A stretch of 64,000 nucleotides of DNA from Eledone cirrhosa (Eukaryota), in NCBI GenBank assembly GCA_964016885.1, contig OZ024740.1:349742001-349806000 (forward strand). The letters run 5' to 3'. This document shows, piece after piece, positions 1 through 14,662 of the stretch. Positions within the stretch are counted from its first letter, which is position 1, and each line of letters opens with the position of its first letter. A program made the translations under genes and the position numbers. The notes beneath the pieces are model-generated. The model had not been told where the DNA came from. It ran no database searches and worked only from the letters and a program-made list of their open reading frames with translations.

Positions 1-817
1 TAAAACATCAGGCCAATATATTACACCGAACCCATATGGTCATGGGCATTGGAAAAGTAACATCAAAACCCACCCGGGACATATGACACATTGAACAAAT
101 GATTACCCAATAGCTGCCCAATGAGATCGTATCTATTACACAATAGATACCACTAAAATATATATAACAGTAACAATGTGATTAACAAAATGATGTAATT
201 AAATCGTTACAATTGTTTCGACACAAAACATTTCTTCAAACACAGAGCTAGGCAATTGCAATCATCATAATAATATTCATGATTATAATCATAATAAATT
301 AATCAAGAGATATACTATATATACTTTATGCTAATTAGTGTTTATGGAATATTCTATTCCCCCAGAAAATTAAACATCTGCATCAAAGAAAACCGTGTAG
401 ATTCAGAAGAGACATGTTGATATTTTAGCGACTACAAGTAGATATGTAGTCGCTTTGTATCGAAACAATTGGAGGGATTAAACTATGTAAGAACTTATTT
501 CTCTCATCCTAATTAGTTTTATATGGTGTGTTAAGATTGCAACCTTTCTTCTAGCCCTTAAAAATGTCCTCACTATATTTCTTTCTATATAAAAACATTG
601 AACTTAATTAAATCTTCTCAATCGCAATGTCTCTTCAAATAACTATTTTTTTTCTTATATATTATTTATTTTTTGATATATGGGAAAGAAACAAAATATA
701 TATAGATTTGTTTGTATGTCAATGTATAATATATATGTGTGCGTGTGCTAGTGTATAAATCAACAGATACTTGTATGTTTGTACGTATTTGATACACTTA
801 TATAGTTACTTCTTGTG

Positions 818-931
<114 letters not shown>

Positions 932-1052
932 GCTCACACACATATCCACTTCCACAACGCGTGAACGAAATATACAACCGTGTAAAATTTGCCTCCTCTG
1001 TTTTGTTTGTTCATTCATCAACTATATATATATATATAATATATATATATAT

Positions 1053-1231
1053 GTTAAGTATTGCCGAAGGAAAAGCAAAGGAAAAAAGAGTGCTCTATGT
1101 ATAAAACAGAGCTATTTAATTAGAAAGTGAACACACAATATATAACTACTCCATTACCAAAGGTTTCAGGGCCCTAGATAATATTAACATAATAATGGAG
1201 TAGTTATTTATACATTTTGTTGTTCACTTTC

Positions 1232-1237
<6 letters not shown>
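1053..1237. mobile_element. Hairpin cassette in (TA)n with 3' half of a hammerhead (GAAA CCUUUGG UA AUGGAG on minus); relative at 20374-20510
   Basis: Inverted arms ~1118-1156 / ~1193-1237; same tail and arm sequence recur at 20374-20510; similar to the complete motif at 27165-27238. Confidence 0.6.
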
Positions 1238-1327
<90 letters not shown>

Positions 1328-1458
1328 CAATGAGTTATCTAATTTGTTGGTTATTCAACAAATTTAGTTTATAACAGATTAGAAGCACTCTACAAGACTT
1401 TCTGGAGGATAATATGAATAATATTAATAAATGGAAACTATCTTTATAAAACCACATT

Positions 1459-1654
1459 TATTTTATTATATATATTTCAAGGATACCAACATTTTTGGTA
1501 CGCACTCATCAGATGAAATACAAAAGTTCTGTTTGAACTCAAAACGCTAGGTTCTAGTTTTGGATATGTCACTATCTGTAAAACAACTTTTGTATTTTAT
1601 CTGATGAGGTCGTATCAAAAATGTTGGTACCCTTGAAATATATATAATAAAATA
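1459..1654. ncRNA. Divergent pair of type I hammerhead motifs (minus 1459-1520; plus 1593-1654) in inverted repeat ~1419-1693
   Basis: Plus copy: UAUUUUAU-CUGAUGA-stem II (GUAUCAA/UUGGUAC)-GAAA-UAUAUA-UA-AUAAAAUA; stem I pairs over 8 bp. Confidence 0.75.
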
Positions 1655-1685
1655 AATATGGTTTTATAAAGAAAGTTTCCATTTA

Positions 1686-1734
<49 letters not shown>

Positions 1735-1735
<1 letters not shown>

Positions 1736-1920
1736 GTTATTCCGGGTTGAATCGGAAGTAACCACAGTAAGTAAGGTACTCAATACATAGCAGAGTATAA
1801 CAGTTTTAATATAGATGAGATTCCACAGGACCAGAACTGTTTCACTCACTAGAAATCATCAGGAATCCTGATGATTTCTAGTGAGTGAAACAGTTCTGGT
1901 CCTGTGGAATCTCATCTATA
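1735..1920. mobile_element. Perfect palindromic cassette with hammerhead-like cores (CUGAUGA-UUUC-N4-GARW-GAAA) in (TA)n; family copies 29821-30034, 44175-44367, single arm ~36403-36550
   Basis: Inversion centre ~1865; near-identical copy at 44175-44367; stem I partner weak or removed by the inversion. Confidence 0.7.
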
Positions 1921-2002
1921 TATATATATATATAAAGTGGAAGCTTAGTAAAATCGAAGCTTTGGCTGTGGCCAAGCAAAGTCGACCTACAATAAGGAAT
2001 GA

Positions 2003-2110
2003 GCATTACGTTTAAATAGGTTAACATTACGTTTAAATAGGTTAACATTACGTTTAAATAGCTTAACATTACGTTTAAATAGGTTAACATTACGTTTAAA
2101 TAGCTTAACA
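2003..2110 (+). repeat. 21-bp tandem repeat (~5 copies) inside a dispersed repeat also at ~17910-18105 and ~48910-49115
   Basis: AACATTACGTTTAAATAGGTT repeated. Confidence 0.85.
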
Positions 2111-2289
2111 AATTGAAAATTTTCGGTAGGCAAAAACCCAACCACACAGTACCAAAAACAACGAGAGACTAATCAGGTTATGTATGTATATATCCATTTC
2201 GTATTGACGATTGCACGAATTAGTACACGATGGCATAGTAAATATTAATAGTTTTATTAAGGTCGAGTCAATGTCCTGTTACTCTTAAC

Positions 2290-2445
2290 GCCACCGATGT
2301 GATACAAAGAATAGGCAAAGGCGGATACAGCTTGGTATCAATGATGTCGCAACTCATTTCTTCAGCTGAGTGAACTGGAACAACATGAAATAAAGTGCCT
2401 TGCTCAAGGACACAACGCATCGCCCGGTCCGGGAATATAACTCAC
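2290..2445 (-). mobile_element. tRNA-derived CORE-type SINE fragment; family copies ~4520-4770(-), ~17180-17480(-), ~43260-43610(-), ~52110-52220(+)
   Basis: Shared CAGCTGAGTGAACTGGA..GTGAAATAAAGTGTCTTGCTCAAGGACACAAC block resembling the CORE domain; A/B-box head in fuller copies. Confidence 0.7.
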
Positions 2446-2548
2446 AAGATACACACACATATATACACCCACGCACACCGACACAGACACCCTCACACTC
2501 ACACACATAAATATATATATATATGCACGCACACACAAACACACACAG

Positions 2549-2585
<37 letters not shown>

Positions 2586-3392
2586 CATACACATTTATAC
2601 ACTCATATACATATACAAACACACACGTATGCATATCGTTCGTTAACTTATTTTTTTATAACTTTCAAATTCCATTTTCATTCATCTTTTGCTTACGTGA
2701 CAACCTATCTTATCACACACATACACAGTCTCTCTCTCTTTCTTTCTCACACACACACACACACACACTCACAGACACATCTACACCTAAACATATAGAC
2801 ACTGCACATACACTGCCTAAACATATAGACAGTGCACATAAACTCACAGTATGTTCACCCACCCCGCCTTCTTTCTCTATCCCGATTTTCATTCATATTT
2901 TTTCGCTCTAGAGATGACAGGATTTTGTAACACAAACATATCCATATAAACACACTGACAACATATATATCCTCTAACACACATACGCACATCCATATAA
3001 ACACATGGATAACACATATATCCACTAACACACATACGCACATGCATATAAACACATTGACAACACATATTCCACACGTATGTACACTAACACACATACT
3101 CACATCCATATAAACACATTGACAACACATCCACTAACACACATACGCACATCCATATAAACACACTGACAACACATATATCCACACACCTGCACTAACA
3201 AACCAACACACATCCATATAAACATATTAGAAATACTGACTAACACATCTATATACACACACACAGACTAACACATCTATATAAACACAGACACTGACAA
3301 CAAATATATCCACACATACATACATGCATGTCTATATAAACACACCAACAGCACACGTATCCATACGCACACTCACACACATACACACACAT

Positions 3393-3431
<39 letters not shown>

Positions 3432-3920
3432 CACACACACAAATAATGATATTTGTACACAAATGACAATATACGCAAACACACGCTCAGATACACAGAT
3501 GCAAACATACACTTAAACACACACAAAATCATAAACAACGACATATACATTTAAAAACAGTGACAGGACATTGCACACAAATACCACTCCTACACACACA
3601 CACAAAAGCACATACACACACACTCATACATACAGTACACACTGAGATCTACATAATATACACACACTAGTTAGTTTACTATATTTCAGTCTAGTCTTTC
3701 ATTCGCTAAAGACGAAACTGCTCACGTTATCAAAGCTCGCACGCACACACACACACAGAGGCACATACAGGCACACACACATACACAGGCACACACACAC
3801 ACACGCACACGCACGCATACACACACATTCTTTGCTTTACATTCCATACGTTTTCTCACATACACATTTGTGTACGCATTTACAAATTCTTTCCCTCTCA
3901 CATTTCTTTCGTGTCGTTAC

Positions 3921-3984
<64 letters not shown>

Positions 3985-5329
3985 AACCACATATATATGT
4001 ATATATATATATACACACAAACAACGTACACGTTTGTAATATCCCTCTCTCTTTTACCCTCTCTAGTTTTCTCGTTCCCGCACTCATACTATTCCTCTCC
4101 CCATTCACAACATATTTTCTTTCTATTCTCCTCTGTCATTCCACACATTCTTTTTATATTTTTATGTCCCCCCCCCCCCTCTCTCTCTCTTTCAATATAC
4201 ATATAAACACAAACACACACATGTGCAGTATACATACCTACCTACCTGCCTATATATATATATATATAGAGATAGGCACACACACACACGTGTGTGTGTG
4301 TGTGTTTATGTGCCTGCGTACGTGTGTGTACGCCTACTATAGAGAGTCGCGAGAAATGAGCACTCAATGTCATAGTAGAACGTAATATACTCTTTATTAA
4401 GGCCAAGCTTGAGTCTTTTTTTCCAGGGTCGTTAGGCACCCCTCCATACACACACTAGTGTACCCGTGCCGTCTAATAGATGGATGTCCTTTGGTATATG
4501 ATTAATAAGGTTAAATATAATCTTCCAATCCCACAGGCTTATCATCGGGCTGGAACTTATCTCGGCTTCATTGGTGGTAAGCGACAGGAAGTGCAAGATT
4601 TCCCCTGGACAGGATGCCATTACATAGTGGAATTAACTCCCAGCTACTGATGGTTCTCATTTTCAGCTGAGTGGGTTGGAGCAATGTTAAATGAAATGTT
4701 CAGGAATCAAACCTACATCATTACGATCTTAAGCCCTAAGCCCAACACTCTGACCATTTGGACGCACGCCTATATTCGATCGTATACTCTGCGACATAGT
4801 AGGGTCCTTTCTCCCTGGAGGCTCTAAAATCTAGACCCCCCCCCCCCCTCCCCACACTGACACAACTGATAAAGAAGAGTAATGATACCAGCCTGTGTTT
4901 CCTTTGAAGTTTAGCTGATATGGATCTGATATGGATCTTAAGGATCATTCAGGAAAGAATTTGAGTAAGGAGAAAATCATTGTCTTATTGAAAGGGACTG
5001 TCTGTCTTTGTTATAACAACTGTTGCAACACCCATTATGTGGCTTTTGTGCGGCAAAATGTTTTGCGTTTCAAAACTGGCACAACGTGTCCATTTCTCCA
5101 CACAGACGTCGCTCAATATCCGTTTCAGTGAATAGGTTATTGTTCACTGTTACATTAGGAATTTGTCTGTCTTGTTATTTCTCACAGCTTGTGCATTAAA
5201 AGATCATCTTCTATTCCGTTCTCCTTCAATTTCTTATGGAAATTCTCCGTGGTGTTCTTTCTCTCGATTCTGCCTTTCTTTATTTTTGTTTCTTCCGTAG
5301 TCTCTTTCTCTTAACCCCCCCCCCCTCTC

Positions 5330-5465
<136 letters not shown>

Positions 5466-6244
5466 AAGTAGAAAACCTTTTCTGTTCTATCACAATTCTA
5501 TTTGGATTAAGAAACAAAATAATATCGCTTTTGACATTAACGGGGGTTGAATTGCTGAAAGAAATGATATCGTTGGATTATATATGTTAAACGCCTACAA
5601 TGAAACATTCGCTCTTTATCAGGAGGTATATATCGAGATGCTAGCTTATTATTATTACGCTATTATTATTTCAGTATGATGTACCATCGTTTCAACACAT
5701 ACCACATCGCTCTAAAGTAATATTATTTGGTTTACAAACACTGATATTAATATGATTCAACCTGGTAAAACATGGTATTTCATTTATTGTATATGCACGT
5801 TTTATATTCAACTCTTTGTACACTCTTTTGTTTACTGCGGCCATACTTGGTTTCTGCCTTAAAGGGATTTTAGTCAATCATATCTTCTCGAGTACTTTTA
5901 GTGGAACCCCTAATTTACGGGACATAAATACAGGCGTGGATAAACGCACCCTCCCACGCACACAAGGCAGACTTATTCAGTTTCAGTCTACCAATTTCCA
6001 CTCGCAATGCTTTGGTCAATCAGAGACTATAGTAGAAGATAATTGCTTAAGGTGTCCGAATATTTCGATTATAGAGTCATCAGTGCTATCATGAAAAGCA
6101 ACGTGAGATAAATCGAACTTGTGACCCTAAGACCGTGGGTCAAACCCCTAAAAACTAGGCCACGGGCAGCCTCACACATGTAGCTTACACACATATATAT
6201 TATTGATTTGAAACAATACTTCTAAACGCAATGTTATTTTAAGA

Positions 6245-7110
6245 TTTGCAGACAGGAACATTAGTATACTGTGGTCACACTGGACACAACTGGATAATCT
6301 CGATTTTGCTAATGAGTCTGTCAATCTTGTCACACAGTTACGACCAGATACAGGACAAGAACTCACGCTTGGAGACCATGTCAGCTGGGAGAGGGCTCAA
6401 GATAAACAAGAAGAAAGCCGAGCTGATGAAGATCAACACGACTGCCAACACATCAGTCACAGTCGGTGGAGAGCCCATCTGAATGGTGGAGTCATATGTC
6501 TACCAGGGGAGTACGGTTGATCGGCGTGGGGGAACCGACCGAGACGTCATAGCCAGGATAGGCAAGGACGTGGTGGAACTGACCGAGATATCACAGCCAG
6601 GATAGGCAAGGCAAGAGGAGCTTTCATCATGTCATCTGGGCATCAAAAGAGATCTACCCAAGAACTAAACTTCGCATCTTCAACTCCAACGTGAAGGCAG
6701 TACTGCTGTATGGATGTGAAACTTGGAGGACAACAAACAAGAAGATCCAGCAGAAGATCCAGACATTCTTTAACAGCTGTCTGAGGAGCATGTACAATAT
6801 CAAATGGCCGAAGATCAAAAACGAAGATCTGTGGGAACAAACGGGACAGGGACTAGTAGCAAAATAGATTCTGCGGAGCAAGTGGAGCTGGACTGGACAT
6901 ACACTCAGCAAACCAACATCCACCACCACACGCCAAGCGCTGACCTGGAATCCGCAGAGTAAGAGGAAGCGAGGTGGGCCCCTCGGCAGCTGGAAGCGTG
7001 ACACTGAGGCTGAATTAAGAAAACTGAAAGTCAACTGAAGTGGAGTAGCGAGAGCAGACCAGGATCGTGTACGGCGACGAAGGGTCGTCAATGGTATATG
7101 CTCCTGAATA
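6245..7110 (+). mobile_element. 5'-truncated, decayed RTE-clade LINE (RT C-terminal part)
   Basis: GLKINKKKAELM, TKLRIFNSNVKAVLLYGCETW, WSWTGHTL, ALTWNPQSKRKRGGP; stops and a ~45-bp internal duplication. Confidence 0.9.
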
Positions 7111-7879
7111 AATGAATTACACTTTTACTACTGGGCAGCTTCTCTCTCTCTGCCCTTACCGTTATCCTGAATTGAACTATATTAAGACATGTAGATGCCA
7201 TAAACACTAAAGAGATTAAAGACCCTCGACAAATACTGTACATGGAAAAAATATTCCATATACTGAATTGGATAATAAAAAAAAAACTCTATAAGGACTA
7301 TCTCTAAACCCGTGCATATTTTGCTTCATCCAGTAATGATCTCGAAGATGTGTACTTGATGAGGATTTGGCCTGGAAGGAAAACCTTTCTCCTACCATAT
7401 TTTAACTACGACCACATTAAAAGCTCCTTCGCTTTTCACCATCGCTATCAAACAGGGGGAGACTACCCGCTCTTCTTTGTCAATATTAATTTCTCTTTTT
7501 ATCACAGGGGCAATAGATGAGGAGATATTGCAAGCACAAATTACAAATCATCGTCTCTAACTACAGCCACCATTCCTTCCCGTACTAAGCTCTGAAGAAA
7601 TGGAATAAAGTTATATCAGGTCAACAAAAATAACGGAAGTAGCTGCTTAGTCGCTGGATCTGTTACAAATAACAACCAAATATCCCCCATAAAGAAATAA
7701 AAAGTTGATATGGGATAACGAAGTATTAGATATACGAAGGAGACATCATGATTAAAGCTAGTACAACTTTGGCCACATGCATGCTTAATCAGAACTGATT
7801 TGGGCCTAACACCACAACCTCCAAACACCTCTACCAAACCTCACCACCACCACTACTACCGCCACAAATAACAACAACA

Positions 7880-8445
7880 AATAATTGTTTCTACTTTTGG
7901 CACAAGGCCAGCCATTACCCAGTGCATTACTGGTACTTTATTTTATCGACCCCGTAAGGATGAAAGGCAAAGTCAACTTCGGAGGGATTTAAACTCAATA
8001 ATGGTTTCTGATTTCGACACAAGCTAACAAATAATAATTTCTACTATAGGCACAAGGCCAATAATTTTGGGGGAGGGGACAGTTGATTAAATCGACCCCA
8101 GTACACTACTGGTACTTTATTTTATCGACCCTGTAAGGATGAAAGGCAAAGTTAACCTCGGCTGGATTTGAACTCAGATCATAAAGGGACATAACTCTTT
8201 GCTGCAAAGCATGGCGTCTGACCCTCTACCAATACTGCCAATCCACCGCCAACAAAAAATAATTGTTTCTACTTTTTTGGCAGAGCCAGCAATTATCGCA
8301 GTACATTACTAGTAATTTATTTATCGACCCCGTAAGTATGAAAGGCAAAGTGAACCTCGGCGGGATTTGAACTCAGACCGTAAAGGGACGTAACTATGCT
8401 GGAAAGCATGACGTCCGACTCTCTACCAATACTACCAATCCACAC
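7880..8445 (-). mobile_element. Cluster of three tRNA-derived SINE copies (family A)
   Basis: GGCAGTATTGGTAGAG head, GAGTTCAAATCC B-box, CTTTGCCTTTCATCCTTACGGGGTCGATAAAATAAAGTACCAG body and GTAGAAACAATTATT tail on minus. Confidence 0.85.
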
Positions 8446-8464
8446 AAGGAGAAAGTCGACAAAA

Positions 8465-11400
8465 TTGACCTCAGTGCGTTACTGGGGCTTTATTTTATCA
8501 ACGCTCTACCGATTCTAACATTGATCCCAGTTCGTTACTGGTGCTTTATTTTATCGATGCTCTACCGATTCTAACATTGATCCCAGTGGGTTACTGTTAC
8601 TTTGTTTTATCGACGCTCTACCGATTCTAACATTGATCCCAGTGCGTTACTGGTACTTTGTTTTATCGATGCTCTACCGATTCTAACATTGATCCCAGTG
8701 CGTTACTGGTACTTTGTTTTATCGATGCTCTACCGATTCTAACATTGATCCCAGTGCGTTACTGGTACTTTGTTTTATCGATGCTCTACCGATTCTAACA
8801 TTGATTCCAGTGCGTTACTGGTACTTTGTTTTATCGATGCTCTACCGATTCTAACATTGATCCCAGTGCGTTTCTGGTACTTTATTTTATCGATGCTCTA
8901 CCGATTCTAACATTGATCCCAGTGTGTTACTGGTACTTTGTTTTATCGATGCTCTACCGATTCTAACATTGATCCCAGTGCGTTACTGGTACTTTGTTTT
9001 ATCGACGCTCTACCGATTCTAACATTGATCCCGGTGCGTTACTGGTACTTTGTTTTATCGATGCTCTACCGATTCTAACATTGATCCCAGTGCGTTACTG
9101 GTACTTTGTTTTATCGACGCTCTACCGATTCTAACATTGATCCCGGTGCGTTACTGGTACTTTGTTTTATCGATGCTCTACCGATTCTAACATTGATCCC
9201 AGTGCGTTACTGGTACTTTGTTTTATCGACGCTCTACCGATTCTAACATTGATCCCGGTGCGTTACTGGTACTTTGTTTTATCGATGCTCTACCTATTCT
9301 AACATTGATTCCAGTGCGTTACTGGTACTTTGTTTTATCGATGCTCTACCGATTCTAACATTGATCCCAGTGCGTTACTGGTGCTTTATTTTATCGATGC
9401 TCTACCGATTCTAACATTGATCCCAGTGCGTTACTAGTACTTTGTTTTATCGATGCTCTACCGATTCTAACATTGATCCCAGTGCGTTACTGGTACTTTG
9501 TTTTATCGATGCTCTACCGATTCTAACATTGATCCCAGTACGTTACTGGTGCTTTCTTTTATCGATGCTCTACCGATTCTAACATTGATCCCAGTGCGTT
9601 ACTGGTGCTTTATTTTATCGATGCTCTACCGATTCTAACATTGATCCCAGTTCGTTACTGGTACTTTGTTTTATCGATGCTCTACCGATTCTAACATTGA
9701 TCCCAGTTCGTTACTGGTGCTTTGTTTTATCGATGCTCTACCGATTCTAACATTGATCTCACTGCGTTACTGGTACTTTGTTTTATCGATGCTCTACCGA
9801 TTCTAACATTGATCTCAGTTCGTTACTGGTACTTTGTTTTATCGATGCTCTACCGATTCTAACATTGATCCCAGTTCGTTACTGGTACTTTGTTTTATCG
9901 ATGCTCTACCGATTCTAACATTGATCCCAGTTCGTTACTGGTACTTTGTTTTATCGATGCTCTACCGATTCTAACATTGATCTCAGTGCGTTACTGGTAC
10001 TTTGTTTTATCGATGCTCTACCGATTCTAACATTGATCCCAGTGCGTTACTGGTGCTTTATTTTATCGATGCTCTACCGATTCTAACATTGACCCTAGTG
10101 CGTTACTGGTACTTTGTTTTATCGATGCTCTACCGATTCTAACATTGATCCCGGTGCGTTACTGGTACTTTGTTTTATCGATGCTCTACCGATTCTAACA
10201 TTGATCTCAGTGCGTTACTGGTGCTTTGTTTTATCGATGCTCTACCGATTCTAACATTGATCCCAGTGCGTTACTGGTACTTTGTTTTATCGATGCTCTA
10301 CCGATTCTAACATTGACCCCAGTGCGTTACTGGTACTTTGTTTTATCGATGCTCTACCGATTCTAACATTGATCCCAGTTCGTTACTGGTGCTTTGTTTT
10401 ATCGATGCTCTACCGATTCTAACATTGATCTCACTGCGTTACTGGTACTTTGTTTTATCGATGCTCTACCGATTCTAACATTGATCCCAGTTCGTTACTG
10501 GTACTTTGTTTTATCGATGCTCTACCGATTCTAACATTGATCCCAGTTCGTTACTGGTACTTTGTTTTATCGATGCTCTACCGATTCTAACATTGATCCC
10601 AGTTCGTTACTGGTACTTTGTTTTATCGATGCTCTACCGATTCTAACATTGATCTCAGTGCGTTACTGGTGCTTTGTTTTATCGATGCTCTACCGATTCT
10701 AACATTGATCCCAGTGCGTTACTGGTACTTTGTTTTATCGATGCTCTACCGATTCTAACATTGACCCCAGTGCGTTACTGGTACTTTGTTTTATCGATGC
10801 TCTACCGATTCTAACATTGATCCCAGTGCGTTACTGGTACTTTGTTTTATCGATGCTCTACCGATTCTAACATTGATCCCAGTGCGTTACTGGTACTTTG
10901 TTTTATCGATGCTCTACCGATTCTAACATTGACCCTAGTGCGTTACTGGTACTTTGTTTTATCGATGCTCTACCGATTCTAACATTGATCCCAGTTCGTT
11001 ACTGGTACTTTGTTTTATCGATGCTCTACCGATTCTAACATTGATCCCAGTGCGTTACTGGTACTTTGTTTTATCGATGCTCTACCGATTCTAACATTGA
11101 TCCCAGTTCGTTACTGGTACTTTGTTTTATCGATGCTCTACCGATTCTAACATTGATCCCAGTGCGTTACTGGTACTTTGTTTTATCGATGCTCTACCGA
11201 TTTTAACATTGATCCCAGTGCGTTACTGGTACTTTGTTTTATCGATGCTCTACCGATTCTAACATTGACCCCAGTGCGTTACTGGTACTTTGTTTTATCG
11301 ATGCTCTACCGATTCTAACATTGATCCCAGTGCGTTACTGGTACTTTGTTTTATCGATGCTCTACCGATTCTAACATTGATCCCAGTTCGTTACTGGTAC

Positions 11401-11656
11401 TTTGTTTTATCGATGCTCTACCGATTCTAACATTGATCTCAGTGCGTTACTGGTACTTTGTTTTATCGATGCTCTACCGATTCTAACATTGATCTCAGTG
11501 CGTTACTGGTACTTTGCTTTATCGATGCTCTACCGATTCTAACATTGATCCCAGTGCGTTACTGGTACTTTGTTTTATCGACGCTCTACCGATTCTAACA
11601 TTGATCCCAGTGCGTTACTGTTGCTTTGTTTCATCGGTGCTCTACCGATTCTAACA
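8465..11656. repeat. Satellite array, 56-bp unit, ~57 copies, SINE-derived
   Basis: Unit TTGATCCCAGTGCGTTACTGGTACTTTGTTTTATCGATGCTCTACCGATTCTAACA; period 56 (8521, 8577, ...). Confidence 0.97.
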
Positions 11657-12298
11657 TAAATTAAAAGCCAAGAATTTTTGAGGACTAAATGGATGAGCCT
11701 GGAAGGATGGAAGACAAAATCCACCACGGTTGGATTTAAACCCGGGATTTAAGAGTTCAATTAATTACTATTTGGCATTTAATCGGTTGTTCTACCGATT
11801 CTGTCAGTCAGCACCCTTTGAGAAACCTCTTCGCCGTCGTCTGCCTCGTTTAAAACAACAGCCAAAACTCCCTCAAATCACACCCTGTCGATTTAAAAAC
11901 AAATAATAAATAGAAAGACGGGAAAGACGGTCACAACTAGGATACTTTTGATTCTATATCTATACTGTTAAAACAGATTTGTGGCTAAACAACAACTCCT
12001 TACATATGTATAAACCAAGAAATCTGAGGGAAGTGTATAGTTGATTATATCGACCTAAGGACTTGACTAGTATTTTATTTTGTTTTATTGATACAACCCT
12101 CACCCCCAACGTCGATTCCGTCAAATGAAGAAAGGCAAAGTTGATCACGGCTGAAAAACAAAAAGAAATGATTTAAATATACCAATTGCAAGACATAATA
12201 TTTATTCCGTCACTCTAGCGATTCTGCCAATCTATCAGAACCACCCTTATGCCACCACTCACTCACTCCCCCAATAACTACATCAACAGCCCAAACTC

Positions 12299-12367
<69 letters not shown>

Positions 12368-12559
12368 ATAACTATCTATCTAATTCTCTATCACCCCTCT
12401 CCCTAGTCCATCCACCTCCATCTGGCCTACATTCAGCCAATAATACAAATCATGAGCTGGCTTCGTTGTTAGCGTTATAGTAATAAATTGACCGATATGT
12501 GACGGAGAGGAAAATCCAAAAGATGGCAAGTGAAAAGAGTATAAAGCAAATGTGCGAGA

Positions 12560-13215
12560 CGGAGGCATGGGAGTGGCGGTGATGGTGATGGTGATAGTAG
12601 TGGTGGTGGTAGTGGTGGAGGTGGAAGTGACGGTAGCGGTGGCGGTGATGGTAGTGATATGGTGGTGTGGTGGAGGTGGAAGTGACGGTAGCGGTGGCGG
12701 TGGTGGTAGTGATATGGTGGTGGTGGTGGAGGTGGAAGTGACGGTAGCGGTGGCGGTGGTGGTAGTGATATGGTGGTGGTGGTGGTGGAGGTGGAAGTGA
12801 CGGTAGCGGTGGCGGTGGTGGTAGTGATATGGTGGTGTGGTGGAGGTGGAAGTGACGGTAGCGGTGGCGGTGGTGGTAGTGATATGGTGGTGGTGGTGGT
12901 GAGGGTAGCGGTGGCGGAGGAGGTAGTGATATGATGGTGGTGGTGTGGTGGTGGAAGTGATGGTAGCGGTGGCGGAGGTGGTAGTGATATGCTGGTGGTA
13001 TAGTAGCGGTGGCGGTGGTGGTAGTGGTATGGTGATGGTGGTAGTAGTGTTATGGTGGTGGTGGTGGTGATAGTGGAAGTGATGGCAGCGGTGGCAGCGA
13101 TGGTGGTGGTGGTGGTGGTGGTGGAAGTGATGGTAGCAGTGGCGGAGGTGGTAGTGATATGCTGGTGGTATAGTAGCGGTGGAGGTGGTGGTGGTATGGT
13201 GGTGGTGGAGGCGGG
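12560..13215. repeat. GGT-rich minisatellite (~55-60-bp units)
   Basis: Recurring GGAGGTGGAAGTGACGGTAGCGGTGGCGGTGGTGGTAGTGATATGGTGG. Confidence 0.9.
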
Positions 13216-13254
13216 GTTCTCTTGGCGTTGGCGTTGCTACTGTTGTTTGTAATC

Positions 13255-14576
13255 ATGTGTGTATATGTGCCTTTTGTGTGTGAGTGTGCGCGCGTGAATG
13301 CGTGTGTAGGTGTGATGTATGCGTGTACGTGAGTGCGTGTGTGTGTGAGTGTGTGTGCCTACGTGTGTGTATAAACGAGTGTGTATGCATGTGTGTGATA
13401 TTTTTCCTTATCTTTTTTCTGCTTTAATCGTGTGTATATGTGTGAGTGTGTGTGTGTGTGTGTGTATGTGTATGCAGGTATATGTGTGCATTAGTGTGTG
13501 TATGTATACAAATCCACACGTGTACGCGTGTGTCGGTGTATGTGTGTATGCGTGTATGTATGTGCGTGTATGAGTGAGTGTGTGTGCATGCCTATGTATG
13601 TGTGTGCGTGAGTTTGTGGATGTGTGTGATTTGTCCTTTGTTTTAATCGTGTTTGTGAGTGTGTATATATGTGTGTGTATGTGTGTGTATTCATATGTTT
13701 ACAAATGCATTAATGTGTGTGTGCGTGTGTGCGCGTGTGCATATTGTATGTGCATATGCGTGAATGTGTGTGTATCTGTGATCTGTGTGTCTGTGTGTAT
13801 ATGTGTGTGTTCGTATGTATATATGCGCATTAATGTGTGCGTGTATGGGTGTATGTGTATTGTATGAGTGTACGGGCGACTATGTGTGTATATGCGCATG
13901 GATGTGCGTGTGCATGTGTGCGTGTATGTGTTGCATTGTATGTGTGTATGTGCGTGTGTTAGGGAAATGTATTGTATGTGTGTATAAGCGCGAATGTGTG
14001 TGTATGTATGCATGGGCGAGTGTGTGTATGTGTGTATGCGCGAGTGTGGTTATATGTGTGTGTATGCGTATATGTATGTGTGTGTGTGTATGTGTACATT
14101 GTTTGAATGCGCGAGTGCATGTGTGAGTGTATATACGAGTGTGTGTGTGTGTGTGTATGTATGGGCGAGTGTGTGTATATATGTGTGTGTGCATGTGTGT
14201 ATGCGCGAGTGTGGTTATATGTGTGTGTGTGTACATGTTTGTGATGTTTCCTTTATCTTGTTTATTGCGTTCTTTTAGCCTCGTTTTTATTCTCAATATC
14301 TCGTTTCAACATTCTATACCCTATTTTCATTTTCATTTTCTCTTTCTCTTGTGATTTTATTTCTCTCTCTCTCTCTCCCTCTTTGTATTCTTTTTTCTCT
14401 TTCTCCTTCTTCCTCAAACCATTCCCTTCCCCCCTCTCTCTTCTCTCTTTCTCCCTCTCCCTCTGTATTCCTTTCCTCTTTCGACTTCTCCCTCACACCA
14501 TTCCTTCCTTCCTGTCTCTTTATCTCCCCCTCTCTCTCTATATCTCTCTCATACACACACACACACACGCACAAAA

Positions 14577-14662
<86 letters not shown>

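Noticed and set aside
6055-6086. CUGAUGA..GAAA on minus
   Set aside because: Stems I and II do not pair convincingly
8465-11656. CRISPR-like regular array
   Set aside because: Head-to-tail near-identical units with no unique spacers and no cas genes; eukaryotic context
12560-13215. Telomere-like or Gly/Val-rich coding sequence
   Set aside because: No TTAGGG-type unit; simple minisatellite
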